Of a stretch of 64,000 bases of DNA, positions 37,467 through 51,630 are shown in pieces. Numbering within the stretch: position 1 is the stretch's first letter; every line of letters starts with the position of its first letter. The notes beneath the pieces were generated by a model. That model worked only from the letters and a program-made list of their open reading frames with translations, did not search any database and was not told the origin of the DNA. Source of the DNA: Octopus vulgaris (lineage: Eukaryota); assembly GCA_951406725.2 (NCBI GenBank), contig OX597823.1:29016001-29080000 (forward strand). The letters are read 5' to 3'. The translations under genes and the position numbers were made by a program.

Positions 37467-37544
37467 GCGGCTGAAGAAGGCCATAGACACACATTATGCA
37501 TTGTTATAAATCCGTCTAATAAAGGCCCGAAACATATGTACCGC
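37467..37544 (+). ncRNA. Type I hammerhead with extended stem II
   Basis: GCGG CTGAAGA A GGCC ATAGAC...GTCTA..GGCC C GAAA CATATG TA CCGC; (TA)n about 35 bp downstream. Confidence 0.8.
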
Positions 37545-37575
37545 TGAATCCTTGGCATCGTGTTTTTTATTTTGA

Positions 37576-37645
<70 letters not shown>

Positions 37646-38185
37646 TACACACACATACATACATATATACATACATACATATATATGCAGAGAGATGCAC
37701 ACATACACACATACATACATACATACATACATACATACATACATACATACATACATACATACATACATACATACGTACGTACATGCATACATATCTACAT
37801 ACATACATATATATGCAGAGAGATGCACACATACATGCTTACATAGTACATACATACATACGTACAAATATACATACTTACATGCATACATTCATACATA
37901 CATTCATACATACATACATATATATACATAATCTTTGTGTCGGACAATGCTTAATACGTTTTCTCTCGTTCCTGTGTTGGTAATTTATATTATAACATCA
38001 CAGCCACATGATGAACTACTGTCCAACTGTCATTTTCCTACATTAACTTCCTTCTTTCCATCCTTTCTTCCCTCCCGTCTGCCTTCTATGAGTTCTCAAC
38101 TTTTAATGGAGTTGTAAGGTTACCGCCATGAAAAAATAATTGTCATTTCTTGGACATACTATACATCTCGGAGATAATTTCTCTC

Positions 38186-38221
<36 letters not shown>

Positions 38222-38223
<2 letters not shown>

Positions 38224-38284
38224 TAAACTCTCCAAGGCGGTGCCCCAGTATGGCCGCAGTTCTAGTGAGTGAAAGAAAACATAA
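38222..38284 (+). mobile_element. Isolated SINE/LINE 3' tail
   Basis: AAGGCGGTGCCCCAGTATGGCCGCAGT. Confidence 0.65.
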
Positions 38285-38354
38285 ACGGTTCTAGTGCCAT
38301 AATTTTGCTGCTCTGGTCTCATACCTGCGCCATAGCAGTTGCTATTTTGCACAA

Positions 38355-38790
38355 ACATTTTATTTACATTTGATTGATATTTGTCCTCATCTTGTTTGTT
38401 GTCAACACAACGTCTCTGCTGATATACCTTCCTGCCTTCATCAGGTGTCTTAGGGAAATTTCGAACCTGGGTTCTCATTCCGAAGTTATTTTTCGAAGTT
38501 GTTATTATTATTATTGTTATTATTATTATTATTATTATGATAATTATTATTATTATTCAAGTCACTGCCTGGAATCGAACTCGGAATCTTGGGGTGTGTA
38601 GTCCGCGCTCTTAACCACTACGCCATATGCCTGCGGCATATAGGTAGTTAGGAATGAGAACCCAGGCTCGAACTTTCCCTAAGACACCGGATGAAGACTG
38701 GAGGATTATCAACCGAAACGTGTTAAGAAATGTAGATAATGTAAATAATGTACATAACTCCTCATCTTTTCAATATAGAACTGTATTATT
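38355..38790. mobile_element. tRNA-headed, hammerhead-bearing element with a head-to-head partial inverted copy
   Basis: Minus strand: tRNA-like head 38631-38561 (TGGCGTAGTGG, GAGTTCGATTCC), then (AAT)n, then HHR 38449-38404; inverted copy at 38635-38790. Confidence 0.75.
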
Positions 38791-39133
38791 TTAGATATAG
38801 TTGCTGCAATGCACCCAAATCTGACGCAGTGCAATTGTTGTTAAACACAAACAACTTGGCCGGAAAGTAATTAAATAAAGATATTTAACGCGGACACAAA
38901 CTGAAGTGAAAGCAATGAATTCAGAATCCGACAGAGGCTTCATTTTCACGAAATCAAAGTGTTAAAATATTGCGAAGACAAAGACTAAAGTTAATGTAAT
39001 GACGCGAAAAAACATGACTTAAAACACAGAAGTCATTTTGCTCCTCTCTTCTACCGCGATTCTGCAATCAATAAATTTGTGAACAAAGTAAAGGTCAGTT
39101 AAACCGGCCTCAGCATAAGCATGATGGCTATGT

Positions 39134-40528
39134 ACGGGATGTGTTCCAGAAGTTTTGATACTCTTTTTTGGAGACAGTGCGAGGTTATTGTAATTTTAGT
39201 CTATCAAATAAAGGCGACGAGCTGGCAGAAAAAGGCGGCGAGCTGGCAGAAAATTTAGCACGCCAGGCGAAATGCTTAGCGGTATTTCGTCTGCCGTTAC
39301 GTTCTGAGTTCAAATTCCGCCGAGGTCGACTTTGCCTTTCATCCTTTCGGGGTCGATAATTAAGTACCAGTTACGCACTGGAGTCGATGTAATCGACTTA
39401 ATCCCTTTGTCTGTCCTTGTTTGTCCCCTCTGTGTTTAGCCCTTTGTGGGTAGTAAAGAAATAGGTATTTCGTCTGTCATTACGTTCTGAGTTCAAATTC
39501 CACCGAGGTTGACTTTGCCTTTCGTCCTTTCGGGGCCGATAAATTATGTAGCAATTGAGTACTGGGGTCGATCTAAACGACTGGCCCCTCCCCAAAAATT
39601 TCGTGACTTGTGCCTATAGTAGACAAGAATCATTAGCGCGCCGGACGAAATGCTCAACGGGATTTCACCCGTCGCTAAGTTCTGAATGCATATTCCGCCG
39701 AGGTCGATTTTACTTTTCATCCCTTCGGGGTGGATAAATTATGTACCAGCGAAATACTTGTGTCAGTGTAATTGACTAGTCCCCTCCCCACAAATATGTG
39801 GTATTGTGCCTTCAGTAGAAAAGATTATTAAACATCAAATAATTCGTGTTGCCAACTCTTGATATTCCTGATTGAAGGTTACCGCTGCAACATCACTTTC
39901 AACACACCCTACTAATCACTGCCTGTCGCAGGTCAGCAGTTTACAGACGGCAGTTACGATGTGAAGGCAATTTGGAAGCACTCATTACAATCACGTTTTG
40001 CGTAAAGCTTGTAAAAACGTCACAGAAACTTGTGAAATGCTCCAGACTGCTTACAGATGAACTTGAATGAACCCAGTATCTGATTTTCACTGGCACAAAA
40101 GACAAAACTAAAACTCGTTTAATGGGAAGGTCATGAAGATCTCCTTATCCGACAGCAAGGGTGTCATCTAGAGCCACTGGGTTCCATCTGCCCATACGAT
40201 AAACAAAGAATGCTTTGTGGAGGTTTTGAAGGAGTTGAGGAAGAGATTTCGTCACAAAAGTCCAGAACAACAGCACCGGGACAATGTCGTAGTCCACAAT
40301 TCCATCCTCACTCTCCCTATAGTATAGATCTTGTTCCCTAAGCTGAAGGTTGTAACAAGGGTCTTGGACCCCTTCACTGAGGAAGATCTCCATGGGGCCT
40401 TCACGAAGTGGCTGCAGAGCTACATGAAATCAGAGGTTTCTACTTCGAAGGAGATTACAGTTCTACGCTTCTTTGAAATTAATAAATGTGTGCTGAAAAA
40501 ATCTCTCAAGCTTCCTGGAATACACCTT
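39134..40528 (+). mobile_element. Degraded mariner element interrupted by SINEs
   Basis: TIR-like TACGGGATGTGTTCCAGAAGTTT / AAGCTTCCTGGAATACACCTTGCA; remnants FCVKL, TETCEMLQTAY, NKECFVEVLKELRKRFRHK, PYSIDL. Confidence 0.7.
39213..39828 (+). mobile_element. Three tandem SINE family A units
   Basis: Repeated GTTCTGAGTTCAAATTCC..GAGGTCGACTTTGCCTTTCATCCTTTCGGGG; duplicated head at 39213/39234. Confidence 0.9.
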
Positions 40529-41000
40529 GCATTTTTTTCAACTCCGAGATAAGCAAAAATTAATTTGACCACTCTGTATTTGAACTCGAGACAATGAAGT
40601 ACAAAACTAGCAATTTTTTTTTTTTTCTTACCTTGCTGACAGTCAACAAATTTTTACACTTCCGGGTTTTGCAAAACAATGTCAACAACAGCTGCGCGTA
40701 GCTGGAAGCATCCTTTTGCTTTTATATATTTTTTTCAAAATTTTCAAATATATTTTTCTCATTTCGATCTTAATATATTCCTATACTTAGCATAAAACTA
40801 TTTACATTACATTCCTCAGCTTCACTTATAAAAGATCTTTATTGACTTCTTTTTGTCCTGTTATATTTCAAAATGCTTTGGGTGGGGGTAAAGTGCCAGG
40901 AGGTGAGGTGCAGAGTAACTTTTGTAGTTGCTGTTGTTATTGCCGTCATTGTTGTCGTTAATGTTGGTGTTTCTTGCATTCCTTATGTTATCGATTTTGA

Positions 41001-41060
<60 letters not shown>

Positions 41061-41224
41061 CATTGTAGAATAGTTATTGTTTGGTGTTTGATTTCTTTTT
41101 ATGTTTTTTTAATCGTTTTTCACATCATTATTATGTTCTATTCCTGAAAATTATATGTAAATTAAACTTAGCTATATTTTTACTTTCTTTCAGAAAAATT
41201 ATAAAGATAATAATAATAATAATG

Positions 41225-41299
<75 letters not shown>

Positions 41300-41629
41300 G
41301 CGTCGGTGATGATATAGAATTTGTGGCGCTGACAGTGGTTATGCTGATAGTGATGTTAGTGATGTTGCTCATAGTAAAGCCGATGGCGACGATGGGGACG
41401 ATGACGACGACAACGATGATGATGTTGATGCTGCAGCTGCTGCTGACGATGATGATGATGGTGGGAATGGGGTGAGGGTGAAGGTGGTGCTAGAAGTGAT
41501 AAAAAATTTGAAAAATATATAATAGTAAAATGCTTGTTGTTGTTGTTGTTGTGGTGGTGGTGGTGGTGGTGGTGGTGGTGGTGGTGGTGGTGGTGGTGGT
41601 GGTGGTGGTGGTGGTGGTGGTGGTGGTTT

Positions 41630-41664
<35 letters not shown>

Positions 41665-41955
41665 GCGGTATTTCTTCCGTCCCTTTACGTTTTGAGTTCA
41701 AAATTCTGCTGAGCTCGACTTGCTCTTCCGTCCTTTCGCGTTCGCTAAAACAAGTACCAGTTGAGTACTGGAGCCGATCTAGTTCGCTTACCACTCATTT
41801 CTAAAATTGCTTGCCTTGTGTTATTAACATTCGAAATCATGAGTCGGCGAAGTGGCAGGATCGCTTCCGTGCCCAGGGAAACGCATATCGGTATCTCTTC
41901 CAGCTTAAGGCTCCGAATTCAGATGTCACCCATGTCGAGTGTGCCTTTCACACGT
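41665..41955 (+). mobile_element. Degraded SINE family A copies
   Basis: GCGGTATTTC..GAGTTCAAA..GTACCAGTTGAGTACTGG. Confidence 0.65.
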
Positions 41956-42490
41956 TTGAGTTTGAGCTTCTTTGGCACCTTCTCCAAAAGTTTAGGCTCT
42001 GTGCTTATAGTAAAAAGAATCAATGGCCAGCCCCTAATGAACTTCTTCAAGTTTCACTTGGGAAAGAAAACAAGGGCAGAACGGGTAATGTTTTCTTCTG
42101 GCCAGTTTGATGAAAGATGGATGAAAGTGGCGAGAATGATGCGAGTGAACGGGTCTGCTCTGAGCATATGCCTGTAGTAGAAAAAAGAAGGAAAGGAAAC
42201 AAGGTACTTGCCCCAAAAATCAATGTACACAAGGATTTTTATGGAGTTTTTCCATGAGTAGCCCTCGAACATCTCCTCCTAATTGAGAGTAACATATTCA
42301 TTTCTTTCTTTATAATTGTTATAGTCTTGTTTACACGCAAGGCCCTCAATACAACACACACTCACACACGTATACACACACATTCTTTCTTTTGTTCTGT
42401 ACTGTCCATAATGTTTTCCTTAATGTAAACACTTGTGGTTAATAAAAAATCATAATAATAATAATAATGATAATGATAATAATATTACCA

Positions 42491-42557
<67 letters not shown>

Positions 42558-42589
42558 CAATATCGTATACAATATACAATATACAGTAT

Positions 42590-43113
42590 ACAATATCGTG
42601 AGGTTGTTGATTGAAGGTATTCTATCTACCGGGGGTTTGTACTGTTTGTCAAGTCACAACAAAGACCTCAGACAGACAGTACTTGACGCAATATGCGTGC
42701 AGTTCCAAGTAATGCCGACTATTGCAATACATCTAGATTGTAGTGTGTCTCTAAAGTCTTCAGATGTTTTGTTTTTTTTCAGATTGGATGGTATTGAACC
42801 CAATGCTCCGATGATAATAGGGATAATCTTTATGTTTGATTCTCGTAGCTGCCATATCTTAGTGATCTCAATTCTCAGGCCTCCATAGTTATCGACTTTT
42901 CCTCTTACTTTCATATGTTGATCTCCTGGCACTATTAAGTCGATTATTAAGCTCTCGTGTTTGTCCATCCTAAAGGTTACTATATCCGACCTTCGGTGCT
43001 CTAACAGATTGTCTGTCTGGAAATCAAAGTCCCAGATGAGTTTTGTCTTCCCCTTTTCGTCCTTTACATTTTCCGGTGTATTTTGGTATCAAGCACCCGT
43101 AACCTCATATCCT
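42590..43113 (-). mobile_element. R4/Dong-like RLE fragment next to (TAA)n
   Basis: IWDFDFQTD, IIDLIVPGD, YGGLRIEITKIW, IPIIIGALGSIP. Confidence 0.8.
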
Positions 43114-43136
43114 ATTATTATTATTATTGTTCTTAA

Positions 43137-43335
43137 GGCGGTGAGATGGCAGAATTGTTAGCACGCCGGGCGAAATGCTTAGTGGTATTTCGTTTGTCGT
43201 TACGTTCAGAGTTCAAATTCCACTGAGGTCAAATTTACATTTCATCCTTTCGTGGTCGATAAAGTAAGTACCAGTTACGCACTGCAGTCGATATAATAGA
43301 CTTAATCGCTTCCCCACAAATTTGAAGCCTTGTGC
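43137..43335 (+). mobile_element. SINE family A
   Basis: GGCGGTGAGATGGCAGAA head plus central domain. Confidence 0.85.
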
Positions 43336-43339
43336 TCCT

Positions 43340-43353
43340 CATACTCATACTCG

Positions 43354-43385
<32 letters not shown>

Positions 43386-43982
43386 GTCATCATCATCATC
43401 ATCACTGTCATCATCATCATCCTCATATTATCATCATCCTCATATCATCATCATCATCCTCATCTTCTTCATCATCATTATCATCATCATTATCGTAATC
43501 ATCATAATTTTCGTCGTCGTCGTCACCATCATCATCATCATCATCATCATTATCATCATCATCATATCATAATCGTCATCATTATCATCATCGTCATCAT
43601 CATCAACATCATCATTATCATCATCATCGTCATCATCATTATCATCTTCATATCATCATCATCATCATCTTCGTCGTCGTCGTCACAATGTTCATCATCA
43701 TCATCCTCATATCATCATCATAGTCATATCAGCCTCATCGTCATCATCTTCATCCTCATATCATCATCATCATCATCTTCATCATCATCATCGTCATCAT
43801 CATCGTCGTCGTCGTAGTCACCCTCTTCACCTCATCATCATCATCATCGTTATCATCATCATCCTCATATCATCATCATCACCGTCATAATCACCATCAT
43901 TATCATCGTCGTCGTCGTCGTCATCATCATCATTGTCGTCGTCGTCTTCATCATCATCATCATCATCGTCGTCATCATCATT
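43340..43982. repeat. Degenerate (CAT)n array
   Basis: Direct inspection. Confidence 0.9.
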
Positions 43983-44243
43983 GACTTCCTCAGCATCACT
44001 ATCAGTATCAAGAAAAATTTCAAGAAAGCCATAGAAAGTAGTTCAGAATGGCTACCTTCAGGCTACACGAACAAAACGAGACAGGTAAACATTATTAGGA
44101 AACACCTGCATAGTGTACAAAATTTCCACACAGAAGCATTCCTCGAAATAGAGCGCAATGCGAGAACAAACACACAAACGACATACAAATAAAAATAATC
44201 ATTCAGCTGATGACATTTATGTAATTATGTATATGTGTATATA

Positions 44244-44945
44244 CGAGGGGAAGTCAAAAATTATCCGTACTTTCACCATAACATATCTTTATTATTGTCA
44301 CACTGCCTTCTGCGCATGCGTGCTTATAGTTGGTACTATTGTGCCCACGTGATCGAAGTTTGAGCCTGATTGCGCCCTTTTTTTCTTTCTGGCTTTATAG
44401 TGTAAGCATGGCCGCTCCACTAGCAATGTGCACCAAAGAAAAACGAAGAGCAGTGATCCGATCAACAGTACGCTCGACAGTGCAAGATACCATGCTTTGC
44501 TGGCCAAGAAACTGAAGCCCATAATTCGCACCAAATTCCGAAGCATATTGTCGAAGAAAGATTTGTTGTCGCATGACAACGCATGCCCACAAACGGCCGC
44601 CCAGACCGTTCAAGCCATTAACCAATAGGGTTTTGAGGTGCTGGAATATCCTGCGTACAGCCCAGATCTTGCCCTTTCTAACTATCATATCTTTTACCGC
44701 TCAAAGATGGTTTACGAGGTCGCCGATTTCGTACGCATGAAGATGTGAAGGAAGCAGTGCATAAATGGTTGCACAACCAACCGAAAACCTTCTTCTTGGT
44801 GAGAATACACAAGCTTCTGGACTGCTGGACCGAGTGGATTGAAAAGGCTGGAGACTATATAGAAAAATGACGCACTTGTTTATCCCCTGCATTTGTGTAA
44901 ATACATTGGAATAAAAGAGTACGGATAATTTTTGACTCTCCCTCG
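44244..44945 (+). mobile_element. Internally deleted mariner with both TIRs
   Basis: TA|CGAGGGGAAGTCAAAAATTATCCGTAC ... GTACGGATAATTTTTGACTCTCCCTCG|TA; HDNACP and YPAYSPDLA motifs. Confidence 0.92.
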
Positions 44946-45220
44946 TATATTATTTTTTGACAAAGCCGTGGGGAAAGTAATTCTTCTAGGTGAAAGATAT
45001 TATGATATAAAACTTGCAACTAAAACAGTAGCAGTCGTCTTGTAATGCTTGTTACTGGAACCTACAATGGCGACCGAGAGTTTGGCAAACGTGTTGTACA
45101 AGCTCTTATCACTTAAATCCAATAATGTACAGATGTCGCACTATCATTTTTGAATGTGAGAAGGTTATCACCTGACAAGATGAGGTAATCATGCATGCAT
45201 ATAAGCATGCATGCATGTAT

Positions 45221-45968
45221 GTCATTATTCAGTTTATTTCAAGATTTCTTGCCAATAGAGAAAGAGACGGTTTCACACATAGATTCAAGGTTCCTTCATT
45301 AGAATTCCAACATCAACAACAAGGTATTTTTGTTTTATATATATGCATGTATGTATGTATGTATGTATGTATGTATGTATGTATGTATGTATGTATGTAT
45401 GTATGTATGTATGTATGTATGTATGTATGTATGTATGTGCAGATTTTCATGTTTAATGTAAGTATTCTCTTGCATATAGCTACATATCTAGGCGTGCTCA
45501 TATATATTTAAATGATAAACTGGAAAGTTTTACAGATTTTTATGATTCCAATGACGGATTAGATCTGTAGTCTTTCTGGTTTTAAGATGCCTAATTTCTC
45601 AAGATTGGTATTTAGGCATTTCTCAGGGTCCCAGTAATTACAGGTATAAACCTGAATTTGTAATCTAGATAGAGTAACTGCAGATTGTAACTGCAGATTT
45701 CACAATAGTTCAGTATAGGTGTTCTATTTTTAATTTACCATCCGCTGGACAGCTAATTTCCACAACTGTGCAGTTTCTCTTCTCTATCCCAAATCATTAT
45801 ATCAGGTCAGTTGTACTTACATTTTATTGAGGTCTTCACTGGGACATCTCACTAGTATTCCTTTTCATTATAAATGGATATGGCTTCTACCATATTATGG
45901 GTTATTTCTTTGTCCTCGAAATTATATTTCCGACGGATTTCATTAGAGTGTCCTGGCTACAACCTCAT
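45221..45968 (-). mobile_element. (CATA)n-associated R4/Dong-like LINE fragment
   Basis: Homologous to 3223-3996; bounded by (TATG)n; internal (TATG)n expansion at 45348-45437. Confidence 0.85.
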
Positions 45969-45985
45969 GTATGTATGTATGTATG

Positions 45986-46017
<32 letters not shown>

Positions 46018-46385
46018 GCTGAATGGTAAAAAAGGACGTTTCAAAATCACAAGATACCGGGTTCAATCCAACCGTGTAACGCATTAAGCAAATATCACTT
46101 TTTATAGCCTCAGGTAGATTCATACAACGTTAATGGTATTAGAAGGGAACTGAATTGAAGCCTCGCTCTAATATTGTAATATAAAGGTACAATCTAAGTG
46201 TACCTGTAATATAAATTGTGGTACACAAACGGTGGGTCACGCTGAGTACACTTGAAAATTACATTGATTGTACACACGCCTGCGTAGTTCTCAGTTAATG
46301 GGCACCATATCAAAAGCAGGCCATTCAGCTTATCCTGAAACATGTATGTATATGTGTGATGTATGTATGTATGTATGTATGTATG

Positions 46386-46419
<34 letters not shown>

Positions 46420-46522
46420 TGTATGTATGTATGCACAAAGGGTGAAAATCACATGCTAATGATAGCGCCTACACAAGGCCTACCAACAATAATGGAGTAC
46501 CAACACACGTCAATGCCAATTC

Positions 46523-46561
46523 ATCCCGATGACGGGGCTGAGGTAGTCCAGAAACGTTGAT
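46523..46561 (+). ncRNA. Minimal hammerhead-like motif (U4C)
   Basis: ATC CCGATGA CG GGGCT GAGGT AGTCC A GAAA CG TT GAT. Confidence 0.6.
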
Positions 46562-47410
46562 AATAGTTTTAAGAACTTTGCTATTCTGAATAAGCTATTT
46601 AAGATTCCTTCGAAAATACGAAAAAGCAAACTTGATAAAAAAATGTATATAAAATTAAACAAAGTCCTTTTAACTTTCTATAGAATGTATCTATTTCAGC
46701 ACTTTTATTTACCAATATATTATGACGAAGGCAAAACTGCATTCGATTTTCGCCTTTTAGAAATAATCGTTTAAATTAATTTTTATTACATAAGATATAT
46801 ATGTATGCACACATACACATATATATATATATAAGTATATCATAAAATAATAGACTAAACATATATATATATATATATATATATATAGGTATAATGGTAT
46901 ATTTATGGCCTTATATGAGTGTGTAATGTGTGTGTCTAGTTTCAAAAATCAAACACATACGTACATACGTATGCGTATTATGTGTTTCTTTTTGCATATG
47001 ATTGTGTGTCTGTGTGCGCGTATGTGTTAAGCATTTGGAAGTTGCTTAGAGCAGTAGAATAATTAAGATGCATTTCCGTATTGAAAGTGGGAAAACTTCA
47101 CCGTTATTAATTAAAATTAATCAGTAGAGAAGTTCACATACACTACACGGCGTCTCATCGTGAAATTATCTCCTGTTTAAGTAGGTTAGCTAATTAAGTT
47201 TCATGAGCTGCATCTCTCTAGGGTTATATCAGTCGTGTAATAGTTTTAGCTATTAAGATAAAAATTTATTTTCCATCCTATGTATTGCGAAGGATTCTGT
47301 AAACGATTCACCGAATAATAGAACAAGAACTCAATTCATTTTTACAATAATGCTGTTTTTGAATAATAATTCTCTGAAATTATCTACCAGTATAGCTGAT
47401 TTATATTTTA

Positions 47411-47805
47411 CTAGCAGTATCGCCCGGCGTTGCTCGGGTTTGTAAGGGAAATAACTATATAAGCATTTTTAGAGATGTAAAGTATAATAGCCATCTCAAT
47501 ATGGCTAACCACAAAGGAGGGGGTGTTACTGTAGCTTTTTACGTTCTGAGATTTAATAATACATTTTTAGAGAGTTACTTCCCTTATATATGCCAAAAAT
47601 GCATTAAAAATGGGAAAAATTGATGGTAATTTTTTTTAAATCGTAGACTCATCGTAGACGCGCGCTAATACCCAGAAGGGCTCGATATGAATCACGACTA
47701 TAAGATACCCAGTTTTGGTTAAACTACACCGCAAAATGTGGGAGGAGTTAGGAATCTAAATCGTAGGAGACAGACAGCACACAACCTCACTTTTATATAT
47801 AAAGA
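47411..47805 (-). mobile_element. Non-autonomous Helitron
   Basis: Homolog of 12275-12643; A|TC ... hairpin CTAG|T. Confidence 0.85.
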
Positions 47806-47834
47806 TTTCGTTCTTTTATTTTGTCTTATCCTAT

Positions 47835-48260
47835 GCATATCTGTGGGATTAAGAAACTTGCTTTTGCAACCATTCGGTTTCGAGTTTAGTCCTACAGTGC
47901 GGCACCTCGGGTAGGTGTCTTCTACTGTGACGCAGATAGCCCAATGTTTTGTGAGGGAGTTTAGTACATGGAAACTGTGCGGAAACCTGACTTACACCCC
48001 CACCCCACCCCACCCCCCACATATATATATGTATGTATGCATGCGTATGTGTGTATGTATTTATTTGCGTGTCTTTGATTTTGTCCGATACCACCGTTTG
48101 ACAACCGATGCTGGTTTATTTACGTCCTCGTAGCTTAGAAGTTCGGTAAATGAGACCGATGGAACAACGCACACGGGTTGATTTGTTCGACAAAATCCTT
48201 CAAGGTGGCGTCCGAGCAGGGCCGCAGTCCAATGACTGTAACAAGTAGAAGATAAAAGAA
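47835..48260 (+). mobile_element. Diverged SINE family B
   Basis: Head, core and tail homologous to 10822. Confidence 0.75.
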
Positions 48261-48679
48261 ATGTGGGTTTTTTTTTTTTGTTATAAGTTCTTTTGATAGC
48301 TATTTTTTTTATGTCGTTTATTTAAATATTGCCATCAAATGTGTATAATGGCTATTGTCAGAAAATATTTAAACACATCAATATTTTGGCTCTTTTAAAT
48401 GTCTCGTATTTTATATATGATTTTATTTTCATTGCTATCGGATGCTATTGACGTCGAGTGTCGGAATAATGGTTGCTGGAGTCGTGTACCGGCGGTAATT
48501 CTTGTTGCTGTCATTAAAGCCGTCTTTATGACCAAATCATTCTTTTATACCTAACTAGATCTCTATATCATGTTTGATACTTTCCACTGAATGGGGATAT
48601 GTCCGACCTTCAATATTCCTGTCATTTTCTGTTGTATCTTGTCTGAAATATCGTTTCTTGTCTGAGACAACCAATGGTT

Positions 48680-48812
48680 TGATTTTTCGCTGACATTTCT
48701 ACACTGTTTAATGAGATAACTGACTTCCGACAGTCGACATTATCAATTGACTGTATACTATGTTGTGTTGCGTTTCATTAATTCCCATATGTCCCTCAAT
48801 GAATATATTTAT
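48680..48812 (-). pseudogene. Possible Gypsy integrase HHCC zinc-finger relic
   Basis: EGHMGINETQ ... IKQCR resembles IHEGH.GI.KT...C..C. Confidence 0.35.
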
Positions 48813-48977
48813 ATACCAATGAATAATTATGTACTGACTCTAATATAAGGCAAGTAACTTTGTAGTAACAAACACAATTCTCACTTTTATCAAGTTGGTG
48901 TAAGAATCAGTACAACAATTTCATAAAACAGTTTATATATAATATTATAGCTATAGTTATTATTTTAGTTATCACTG

Positions 48978-49093
<116 letters not shown>

Positions 49094-49111
49094 CATCATT
49101 ATTATTATTAT

Positions 49112-49670
49112 TGGGTGAGAGAGCAGTGCATGCCATCAAAGTGACACTGGGGTAAAATATACGAAGCCCAATATACCCATCATGACTACCCGTCTGATAA
49201 GGGTACACCAAGCACATGCATCATAACCATACGTGCATGACATGGTGATCTCATATCAAGATCAACAGCGCATGACCTTGCAGGTGGGGTCCAGTTAGAA
49301 TTTTCTTCTGCTCGAGTAACCCATCCCGCTCAAAGGGTCCCTGAATAAGGGTTGTTTAAGGATGTTGAACGAAACACCAATGTTTCCAGAAGTGAATCAT
49401 TCAAACTCCAAATAATCTCTCTCAACACATGGCTATGATGCTCCCCCACTACTTCTGCTCGTGATTTGAGATGCATATATCGTCAGCCATTAAGGAACAT
49501 GCTCAACTGGTTAAGGCCAAACAACTGACAAGCAAATCTGTGGTATTGAGCAGAACATTTGCTGTAGCCCATCTTTTATACCAAGACAAAACACTGTACA
49601 TGATAACACTTCCAATCAGTTACGATCAGAAGCCACGAGAGCCACTGCTCGGTGCTGCGTTAGGGCATTT
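49112..49670 (-). mobile_element. Structured module of about 555 bp (second copy)
   Basis: Homolog of 22816-23372. Confidence 0.8.
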
Positions 49671-49672
49671 TT

Positions 49673-51270
<1,598 letters not shown>

Positions 51271-51532
51271 ATGACATATCCCATAGTATGTTTGTTTTCT
51301 CGTTTTCTGTGACCTTTTCTGGCGTGTGCCTATACCATCTTTTTTCAGCTGTTATTCCATAGTGTTAGCATAGCTTCCAGTGTATGTAGCTCCCAACTCT
51401 GTCGTGTCTATGAATATATTCCTTCTTAGCCAGTACTGGGCAGCCAGAGGTAATATGATTTATTGTTTCTTGTTCATCTCCACAAATTCTGCAGTTACTT
51501 GTTATGTTTCTTTTCATTATATGCTTTTGGTA
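51271..51532 (-). mobile_element. Extra R4/Dong-like fragment (CCHC knuckle)
   Basis: CRICGDEQETINHITSGCPVLAKKEYIHRHD, starting at (TAA)n. Confidence 0.85.
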
Positions 51533-51563
51533 ATTATTATTATTATTATTATTATTATCATCA

Positions 51564-51628
<65 letters not shown>

Positions 51629-51630
<2 letters not shown>

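Noticed and set aside
38561-38631. tRNA gene
   Set aside because: A and B boxes are present but the acceptor stem is imperfect and it is embedded in a repeat; treated as a SINE-like head, as are the heads of families A-C.
41955-42170. Possible Jockey/CR1-like LINE 3' remnant on the minus strand
   Set aside because: Motif similarity is too weak to call without a search.
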